Source: an uncultured Phocaeicola sp.
Lineage (GTDB): Bacteria > Bacteroidota > Bacteroidia > Bacteroidales > Bacteroidaceae
DNA: 64,000 nt
Direction of reading: 5' to 3'
NCBI GenBank assembly: GCA_947626525.1
Contig: CANQSM010000004.1
Location: 3,080-67,079, forward strand
Numbering within the stretch: the first letter of the stretch is position 1; each line of letters starts with the position of its first letter. Below, one piece after another: positions 21,041 through 27,952 of this stretch. The notes under the pieces were generated by a model. That model made no database searches. It was given only the letters and a program-made list of their open reading frames with translations, and was not told where the DNA came from. The position numbers and the translations under genes are program-made.

Positions 21041-21072
21041 CAAATGTAATATGTTTAGTTCAGACCGCCAAA
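21041..21072 (-). promoter_or_regulatory. consensus Bacteroides promoter (TTTG-N20-TAcaTTTG) on the minus strand, firing leftward out of IR-L
   Basis: The minus strand reads gtaTTTGgcggtctgaactaaacatatTAcaTTTGcccacgcaatat, then IR-L. The -33 element is at 21072-21069 and the -7 box at 21048-21041. Confidence 0.65.
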
Positions 21073-21312
21073 TACTTTTTTAATTTTTTTCTCGCTTTTC
21101 TCATTTTTATCTCTGGGCGGGATTTTCCGGCGATTCGACGGTTCGCTATCTTTCCTGAGCAGGAGGCCTTCTTCTGCATAGCTGGCTGGCAACACGAAAG
21201 ACCACGCCGTTGGAAAAACAAGGCCGCATAGGCGAAAAATGATAAAAAAAACGATGCGATGGATTCTTGAATACCATTCAACAATTTGATAATCAATAGT
21301 TTTGAAATTTGC

Positions 21313-21335
21313 GACTATCTCTTACGGAGAGATAG
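21313..21335. repeat. IR-R of the invertible segment (ga-ctatctct-tacgg-agagatag)
   Basis: Exact reverse complement of 21006-21028. Confidence 0.95.
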
Positions 21336-21530
21336 TATATAGTATGTAGAACAACCATGAAAAAAGGAGGTATAAAAGCGTAGAAATGAAATGTACTTTA
21401 ATATAATAATGTATGCGAAAACATCGTCCAGAAATTCTGGAAGGGGCGGAGAGGAGGACGATGGAGTATGGAATCAAAATCAAACCAAATCAATATCAAT
21501 AACAGATACATTTTTTTAATTCTTTCTATT

Positions 21531-24500
21531 ATGTTAAACAAATTTAAAAAGTTTATGGCGATATTCTCTGTATTGGGATTTATCGCATTGGGTGTCGGAT
21601 GCTCGGACTATGACGACGACATCGATGGTTTGCAAACGCAAATAGACGAGTTGAAAACGGGAAGCATTGCGAGCATAGAATCGCAGTTGACTTCTTTGTC
21701 TACAACAGTCGGCAATTTGCAATCTGCGCAGCAAACGCTTCAATCGGGTTTGTCGAACTTGCAGTCGGATTTATCGAGTTTGCAGTCGGACGTGAACAAC
21801 CTTGAAAGCGTGAAAAGCGAAGTAGAGTCTCTTAAGACAAAAATTGAGGAGATAGAGTCTACGTTCGTTTCGAAGGATTTCTTGACGACCACTTTGTCGT
21901 CTTATGCTACGACCGAGTCGGTAGCCGAAACGGCTGAAGAACTGCGGAAAGCCGTGAACGATGCTAAGACGGAGTTGCAGGCAGCGATAGCCGCTGCTCA
22001 GACTGCTGCTGATAAGGTTGCAGAAGAGAAGGTGGCTGAACTTGAAACAAAGATTTCGGAGTTGCAGGCAGCGATAGCCGCTGCTCAGACTGCTGCTGTG
22101 AAATCTGCGGGTGAGGCTTGCGCTGCTGCTTTCCAAGGGAAGTTTGATGCAGCCGTATCGGCGGCCAAACTCGTTGACAATGAGAATCTGTCAAATGCCA
22201 TTAAGGATTACGATGCCAAAATCAAAGAGTACATTACTTCGGCTATTAACGATAACAATGGTGTAATCGACGGGAAGATAAGCGAACAGATTAAGTCCGC
22301 TGTAGGAAGCTTGCAGAAACTGATTGTAGGCCGTCTGACGAGCTTGAAGCTGATTCCCGATGCCTATGAGAACGGTATCGAAACCATTGAGCTGAACGCT
22401 CTAACCTATACGGAATGGAAAAACGTGGCTGCTGCTACGGCAAGGACGGAGACTACCCCGACACAAACAGGAGGCAACCATATAACTTCTGCTGCGGATA
22501 AAGTGAAAACGGTCAAGTATCATGTAAGCCCTGCCAACGTTACGACGGAGGGTATCGGTGCCGTAAAATTCTGGTTGCAGACCGCTTCCGACAAGGATAC
22601 TCGTGCCGCTGCTGTTAAAGCCGAAGACCTGTTTGAGATAACTGGTTTTGCGGTAAACACTACAACAGACGGTCTGAAGACTTTGGATGTCGATTTGAAG
22701 AAAAAGTTGGGAGCCAATTTGTCGGCTGGCGCAGGGAAAATTTACACTGTTGCCTTGGAAGCTACTATCGCCGATGATTTGTGTGTTGATGGAGAGACAG
22801 GAGCCAAGGTTTATTCGGACTATGCCAAATTGAGTGAAAACGTGATTACGCCGGAAATCGCACAATTGACAAAGGATAGCGAAGGCAAATATGCGTTCGG
22901 TTCTGGGCATCTGCATTTCGCAAAAACGTATGACGATGCGAAAATGAGTCCTACCGCTGTAATTCAGGCTCTGTACAACGAACCTCTCGATATGCTTGCT
23001 TTCACCGACGCTTCCTACAACTACGGCGCTCACCCTGGCTGTAAGGAATTCTCGAAAGAGGCTTGCGAGAATGTAGGATTGTATTTCGAATACAATGTGG
23101 TAGGAGAACCGTGGTTAGTAGGTTCTACTAATACAGATCAACAAATGCATGCCAAGGTCAGCGATGGCCATTTCCTGATTGCACAGGCTCCTGCCGCAGG
23201 CGGTACCTTTGCAGAGAGATCCGAAACGGCTATCGGCAAGACCCCGGTAGTTCGTGTATTGCTCCGCGACAGCAGGAATAACAACGCCGTTGTAGATGTC
23301 AAGTATTTCCGCGTTGAGTGGGTATCCAAAGATGTGGAAGATAAGAAATTAGGCGTGGTTAAGACGTTCGATTACACACTTGATTGCGACGGATTCAACA
23401 CTAATAACGTCTTTACGTGGGAGGATATGTCGCGTATGGTACTGACACAAATCGGTGAGAACGGTATTTCAAGAGACGATTTCGTGAATCTCTATAAAGC
23501 CCCGGTTATCGAGACAGAAGATAAGGTACATTACTGGGATAAGGAGGTTGTTTGTCCATTGAATAATGATCGTGTTGTAGGAAGTGTAGGAACTGCATAT
23601 AGAAGCGTAACAGACGATGATGAAGTAGCCGGAACGCAACCTGTAGAATTGGTTTACAATTATGGAGGCGTGTCACCCGAGGATGGCGTATTCACATGGT
23701 ATCTGACAGCTCACCAGATCGGTTCGATTATGCACGAGGCCGAATATACAGACCATGGCATATGGGTATGGCCGGGTACTCCTGTTAAACGTACTGTTAC
23801 TATTACCTGCGAATCAAGGAACAAACATCAGCGCGGTGATGTCACTTTCCAATTCGAAGTACTTATCAAATTGCCGAAAGAGCCGTTCGTATCCCCGATG
23901 GAAGGCCGTTCATGGAAAGATGGTAACAATTTCGATGAAATACGGTTTACGCCGGTTATCCTCGGAACAGTGAACCGCGGGGGTGCAACAGTTGTATCGG
24001 GAGATAGTCCGGTTTACGATTGGGATGTACAGAATTCGTTCAAGGATGTTGATGCTGCAGCAAATGGCGGTCAAATTGTCGGCGATCCGAACAAATACGA
24101 TTGCTTCTGTTGGGATATCCAATTCTGCCACAAGCAGCCGAACGCTTACTATGTATACGCTAATCCTGATAATACTCAACGGTTTGCAGTAGATAATTCG
24201 CAAAAAGGATATGAGTTGTTAACCAAATCAAATGGTAGGGTAGCCGCTAAATTCGATTACGATGCGGCCATGGGCGACCGCTGGTACAGGGCAGATGCCG
24301 ATGCTACAGCTAAGATTCACCTGACGATTGATCATACAGATGAAGGTGTCGCCATGGTTGAAAATGAACATAAGATGAATGTGGACGTTTGGTCGAGAAT
24401 CAACAAGTACAATTACCATCTTGTCAAAGACTTTGCGGTACAGGTTGTGAAACCGTTGACCATCAATCCGGAGACAGTCGACGGATTCGAGGACGGTTAC

Positions 24501-24908
24501 ATGGGAACGCAGACTTTGGAAATTGCCAAGGCTGTAACCATGACGGATTTCATGGGCTGGACTGTTTCCTATTCAGGTATCAGAATTCCGAATAATCCGA
24601 ATTATACACAGGCAGATCTCTTCGAATACTACAAGATCTCATCGATGAAATTCGATTTGGCCAACGCTTATGTAGATATAGCCGGGAGGCCGTCGGTTGA
24701 CGAATACTTCGGTGCCGATGCTCTCCAACTGGTAACGGATAACACAACTGTCAGTGGCTGCACTCTTACGAATCTGACTTACGACAAAAAGAAGAGCGAC
24801 CTGCAGACTACAACGGTTTACATCGTAATCGATGTTACGGTTAAACACTACTGGGGCACGGCAAAGGCAACGGTTCGTATCCCTGTTAACCCAGGACGTG
24901 CTGCATAG
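21531..24908 (+). CDS. large predicted surface lipoprotein: coiled-coil N-terminal stalk plus an uncharacterised C-terminal region
   Basis: Start placed at MLNKFKKFMAIFSVLGFIALGVGC (lipobox), with CSDYDDD after the Cys. Heptad-repeat region spans about residues 30-250. About 850 further residues contain no motif I recognise. 1125 aa in total. Confidence 0.85.
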   Translation: MLNKFKKFMAIFSVLGFIALGVGCSDYDDDIDGLQTQIDELKTGSIASIESQLTSLSTTVGNLQSAQQTLQSGLSNLQSDLSSLQSDVNNLESVKSEVESLKTKIEEIESTFVSKDFLTTTLSSYATTESVAETAEELRKAVNDAKTELQAAIAAAQTAADKVAEEKVAELETKISELQAAIAAAQTAAVKSAGEACAAAFQGKFDAAVSAAKLVDNENLSNAIKDYDAKIKEYITSAINDNNGVIDGKISEQIKSAVGSLQKLIVGRLTSLKLIPDAYENGIETIELNALTYTEWKNVAAATARTETTPTQTGGNHITSAADKVKTVKYHVSPANVTTEGIGAVKFWLQTASDKDTRAAAVKAEDLFEITGFAVNTTTDGLKTLDVDLKKKLGANLSAGAGKIYTVALEATIADDLCVDGETGAKVYSDYAKLSENVITPEIAQLTKDSEGKYAFGSGHLHFAKTYDDAKMSPTAVIQALYNEPLDMLAFTDASYNYGAHPGCKEFSKEACENVGLYFEYNVVGEPWLVGSTNTDQQMHAKVSDGHFLIAQAPAAGGTFAERSETAIGKTPVVRVLLRDSRNNNAVVDVKYFRVEWVSKDVEDKKLGVVKTFDYTLDCDGFNTNNVFTWEDMSRMVLTQIGENGISRDDFVNLYKAPVIETEDKVHYWDKEVVCPLNNDRVVGSVGTAYRSVTDDDEVAGTQPVELVYNYGGVSPEDGVFTWYLTAHQIGSIMHEAEYTDHGIWVWPGTPVKRTVTITCESRNKHQRGDVTFQFEVLIKLPKEPFVSPMEGRSWKDGNNFDEIRFTPVILGTVNRGGATVVSGDSPVYDWDVQNSFKDVDAAANGGQIVGDPNKYDCFCWDIQFCHKQPNAYYVYANPDNTQRFAVDNSQKGYELLTKSNGRVAAKFDYDAAMGDRWYRADADATAKIHLTIDHTDEGVAMVENEHKMNVDVWSRINKYNYHLVKDFAVQVVKPLTINPETVDGFEDGYMGTQTLEIAKAVTMTDFMGWTVSYSGIRIPNNPNYTQADLFEYYKISSMKFDLANAYVDIAGRPSVDEYFGADALQLVTDNTTVSGCTLTNLTYDKKKSDLQTTTVYIVIDVTVKHYWGTAKATVRIPVNPGRAA
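21970..22098 (+). repeat. perfect 42-bp direct repeat (21970-22011 and 22057-22098), 87-bp period, in frame inside the lipoprotein gene
   Basis: cggagttgcaggcagcgatagccgctgctcagactgctgctg occurs twice and encodes ELQAAIAAAQTAA both times. Confidence 0.95.
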
Positions 24909-25059
24909 TGATGAGAAATTCTCTTTCCACTCCGGCATCGTGTAAGCGGTGCCGAAGATTGGAGAGAATAAACGAGGATTCAGTTACACTGATACAGTAT
25001 CCGATTGAGTAACAAACAAATTTTTTCTAGAATCGGGTCGTAAGGTATTTTTGTGAAGT

Positions 25060-25100
25060 ATCACCCCTGTCGAACTTGACTTCGGCAGGGGTGATTTGTA
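25060..25100 (+). terminator. hairpin terminator downstream of the lipoprotein gene
   Basis: atcacccctg (25060-25069) pairs with caggggtgat (25086-25095), followed by ttgt. Confidence 0.5.
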
Positions 25101-25151
25101 TAGTATGTGATCATCCGAAATCGGCCGACCAGGAAAGCTCGTTCATGTGGG

Positions 25152-25415
25152 CTTTTAGGCATCTTCGGGCCATCGCCCGGGCTGAGGGCAAACATGAAGA
25201 ACAGGCTCATGTCCATGTGGAACAGAATCGTGCTCAGGAAGAGGTACATCATTGAGTACATCAACGACCTGCTGAAAAACAAAGCAAACATCATGCATTC
25301 AAGGCACCGATCAATACACAATTTCATCATGCACATTTGCTCCGTACTTACGGCATATTCGTTCTTTGAGAACAAGTCGGAAGCATTGGCCTGTACATGT
25401 GGAAAGACGAAATGA
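25152..25415 (+). pseudogene. IS982-family transposase remnant (C-terminal part only)
   Basis: The translation NMKNRLMSMWNRIVLRKRYIIEYINDLLKNKANIMHSRHRSIHNFIMHICSVLTAYSFF matches the conserved C-terminal block of IS982 transposases (NMKN...LRKR.IIE..N..LKN...IEHSRHRS..NF). The N-terminal two thirds are absent. Confidence 0.65.
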
Positions 25416-25467
25416 TTGACATGATAGATGTAATGAAGGTGAAGGAGAAAAGATGTATGGGTTTTAC

Positions 25468-25599
25468 CTGTTTTTGTTTTTTCTGCTGTTTTCCGCTGTG
25501 GATGGTGGCATAGACACCTAAGGAGACTAACGGGATAACGCAGGGGCCTCCGGCGGGCACCGTGTACGAAAAGGAAGGAAACACCCTACCGGATGCGGG
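25468..25599 (-). pseudogene. remnant of a metal ABC transporter permease (ZnuB/TroC-like), last ~44 codons only
   Basis: The translation ASGRVFPSFSYTVPAGGPCVIPLVSLGVYATIHSGKQQKKQ resembles the C-terminus of ZnuB-type permeases (..F..YDTPAGP.VVL......KKQ). It lies immediately downstream of the ATPase gene. Confidence 0.5.
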
Positions 25600-25604
25600 T
25601 GTGT

Positions 25605-26315
25605 TTATGCGTTGGGGCAGCCGAAATATTCTTCCAGCCATTCGGCAGGTATTTCCGTGCCGGGGTGGTAGTCCAGCGTTTCGTTGACATAGGCGACGGC
25701 TTTCACATATTGGAGTATTGTACCGATGTCGTGGCTTACTAAAATAATGGCCCGCTCATGATTGATTTCCTTTAACAGTTTGTAGAGCTTGGCTTCGAAA
25801 CGCTTATCAATATAAGTGTTCGGCTCATCGAGAATTACCACATCAGGGTCCGAGATAATGGCCCTTCCGAGCAGTGCCCGTTGTAATTGTCCACCGCTTA
25901 ACTGACCGATGGCACGCTTTTCCAGTCCTTCGAGTCCCATTTGTGTGATAACTTCGCTTACTTTGGCGTGCTGCTCCTTGCTGAACCGGTGGAAGAGTGA
26001 TTTCTGTCTGCTGAGTCCGGAAAGGATGACATCGTACACGGAAATGGGAAATTTCTTGTCTATCTGGTTGTATTGTGGCAGATAGCCCATTTTGATTTCA
26101 TGGGTCGGATTGCCGTTGCGGAAGTAATGGACATTTCCCTTATGAGGCTTGACTAAACCTAAGATGACTTTTATCAGGGTTGTTTTGCCTCCTCCGTTTG
26201 GGCCGATGATTCCAAGGAAATCTTTTTGGTGGACAGTCAGGTTAACATCATTCAGTACGACTCTCTCATCGTAAGCAACTTGTATCTGTTCGAGTCGGAT
26301 GATAGGGTTATTCAT
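25605..26315 (-). CDS. metal (Zn/Mn-type) ABC transporter ATP-binding protein
   Basis: 236 aa with Walker A GPNGGGKTT, signature LSGGQLQR and Walker B VVILDEP. It overlaps the upstream binding-protein gene by 8 nt. Confidence 0.88.
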   Translation of the reverse strand: MNNPIIRLEQIQVAYDERVVLNDVNLTVHQKDFLGIIGPNGGGKTTLIKVILGLVKPHKGNVHYFRNGNPTHEIKMGYLPQYNQIDKKFPISVYDVILSGLSRQKSLFHRFSKEQHAKVSEVITQMGLEGLEKRAIGQLSGGQLQRALLGRAIISDPDVVILDEPNTYIDKRFEAKLYKLLKEINHERAIILVSHDIGTILQYVKAVAYVNETLDYHPGTEIPAEWLEEYFGCPNA

Positions 26316-27168
26316 GGCAAAGTGTTTTAGTGGTTTGGATTAATTCTTTTTTCCACTCTTTGTTCAGCGGATTGATGGATACCAAGCGTGCTCCGGTTTC
26401 TTTGGCAATCAGTTCGGCATTGCGGGTGTCGAACTCCTTTTGCACGAAGACGATTCGTATATTTTCCTGTTTGCATAAATCCACCAATTCTTTCAGATGG
26501 GTGGCCGAAGGCTCCTTCCCGTTTTCTTCCATACAAACCTGCCGCATTCCGTAATCTCTTGCATAATAACTCAGTGCCGGATGGTAGATAAGGAAAGCAT
26601 GGTCGTGCTTCCCGTTGAGCAGGGCGCGTATCTCTTTGTCCGTCTCGTTGATTTCCTGGTTTATTTTGTTCAGGTTCTGGGTGTAGAAATCTTTGTTTTC
26701 AGCATCGAGGCGGCAAATAGCTTCGTAAATATTACGGACGATGAGGCGGGCGTTGGCGGGAGAATTCCATATATGCGGTTCCACGCCACCGGCATGAGCA
26801 TGGTCACCGTGAACATGTTTCTTTTCCCGGATGAGGGAAATCCCTTCCGACAAGTCGAAAACTTTCATTTGTGGTGCGTTTTCGGTCAACCGTCGCATCC
26901 AGATTTGTTCGAAGCCAATATATCCGATGCGGAGATAGGCTTCGCTACTGGAAAGGTGGACCAGCTGTTGAGAGGTCGGGTCGTAGGTTTCCGGACTGTT
27001 TCCTCCCGGTACCATGCTTACCACTTTGAATTTGTCTCCGGCAATCTGCTCGGTAAAATAGCGTATCGGTTCTATGGTGACGGTAATAATTCGTTCGGTT
27101 GTTTGTGGCGGCCTGCCGGAACATGCCGCCATGAGCAAAGTCATAAGGATGAGTAAAGTTTGTTTCAT
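26308..27168 (-). CDS. metal ABC transporter substrate-binding lipoprotein (ZnuA/TroA family)
   Basis: Lipobox LLMAACSG, a His-rich segment (HVHGDHAHAGGVEPH) and the cluster-9 binding-protein pattern. Start set at MKQTLLIL. Confidence 0.85.
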   Translation of the reverse strand: MKQTLLILMTLLMAACSGRPPQTTERIITVTIEPIRYFTEQIAGDKFKVVSMVPGGNSPETYDPTSQQLVHLSSSEAYLRIGYIGFEQIWMRRLTENAPQMKVFDLSEGISLIREKKHVHGDHAHAGGVEPHIWNSPANARLIVRNIYEAICRLDAENKDFYTQNLNKINQEINETDKEIRALLNGKHDHAFLIYHPALSYYARDYGMRQVCMEENGKEPSATHLKELVDLCKQENIRIVFVQKEFDTRNAELIAKETGARLVSINPLNKEWKKELIQTTKTLCHE

Positions 27169-27224
27169 ATTTCGTTCTTTTATAAGTTTCAGTGCATGAG
27201 GAACATGTGTTTTGACGCGGATTA

Positions 27225-27485
27225 TCATGGATGATTCACCTCCTTGCTTCCCCTGAGGATTTCCCGTTTCAGTCGTTCACTGGCTAACAAAGTCAGGAAT
27301 GCGTTCATACCTGTTCCGAAACCTATCTCCAATACGTTGGGTGAAGGGACGCGGCTGTGTTCCAATCCCATTCGGATGAATATGTGCCGGGATTCCGTGA
27401 CAGTTCCCTTTATGGAATGATAATGTTCGTCCAGTTCGGGAACGAAGGGCGTGAAACTTCCGTCTTGAATCTGTTCTATTTCCAT
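27225..27485 (-). pseudogene. mnmD: 5' fragment of tRNA (mnm5s2U34) methyltransferase gene mnmD
   Basis: MEIEQIQDGSFTPFVPELDEHYHSIKGTVTESRHIFIRMGL...VLEIGFGTGMNAFLTLL matches the first ~75 residues of MnmD, including SAM motif I. The frame then ends after 86 codons. Full-length proteins are about 220-230 aa. Confidence 0.6.
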
Positions 27486-27952
27486 ATCGTATAAAATAAA
27501 GAGATTAAACCTTCCGTGGCCAGAATACAGGTCGTATAACGTATCAGTTTGCCTATTGTGACAGCGGTTATCGTAATCCATATATTGGCACGCATCAGTC
27601 CCAGTACGATAGTGATGGCATCTCCTACGATGGGCAGGAATGAGAAGAACCCCATCCATGCGCCCCGTCCCTTTACAAAGCGTTCGGCACGTTGCATTGT
27701 CGACGGTTTTACTTTCAGATACTTTTCAATCCACTGCATATTGCCCAAATGCCCTATCCAGTAACAGGTCATGCTACCTGCCGCATTGCCGGCCGTGGCA
27801 CATAAAGTAGTGAGGTAGGGTTCCAATCCCATTTTGATAAGGGCTATCAACACTGCTTCGGAGGCAAACGGAACGATGGTTCCTGCCAGGAAAGCGGCAA
27901 TGAACATGCCGAGGTAACCGTAGTCTAATAGATATTGTGCGAATGCGTCCAT
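27476..27952 (-). CDS. YqaA/DedA-family membrane protein
   Basis: 158 aa with four hydrophobic segments and the DedA/SNARE-associated pattern (GYLGMF..AFLAGTIVPF.SE). Confidence 0.75.
   Translation of the reverse strand: MDAFAQYLLDYGYLGMFIAAFLAGTIVPFASEAVLIALIKMGLEPYLTTLCATAGNAAGSMTCYWIGHLGNMQWIEKYLKVKPSTMQRAERFVKGRGAWMGFFSFLPIVGDAITIVLGLMRANIWITITAVTIGKLIRYTTCILATEGLISLFYTIWK

Larger units (their letters stand above)
21006..21335. other. putative invertible DNA segment (promoter switch) bounded by 23-bp inverted repeats
   Basis: Perfect inverted repeats at both ends, a recombinase gene 26 bp to the left, a consensus promoter inside, and a lipoprotein gene to the right. Confidence 0.75.

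Noticed and set aside
21060-21296. 78-aa minus-strand ORF inside the invertible segment
   Set aside because: Its composition is basic and low-complexity (KKLKKYLAV, RKARKK). It overlaps the predicted promoter and has no recognisable fold. It probably arises by chance in AT-rich switch DNA, although a switch-encoded peptide cannot be formally excluded.
21297-21304. Second -7-like box TAgtTTTG at the right end of the switch, facing the lipoprotein gene
   Set aside because: I did not call it as a promoter. The nearest upstream TTTG is only 8 nt away and the next TTG is 27 nt away, so there is no properly spaced -33 element. It is kept only as a caveat to the OFF-state interpretation.
21422-21463. 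8-bp stem (catcgtcc/ggacgatg) with a 26-nt loop in the ~195-nt leader of the lipoprotein gene
   Set aside because: The stem is short, the loop is large, and no T-run follows. That is too weak to call an attenuator or riboswitch.
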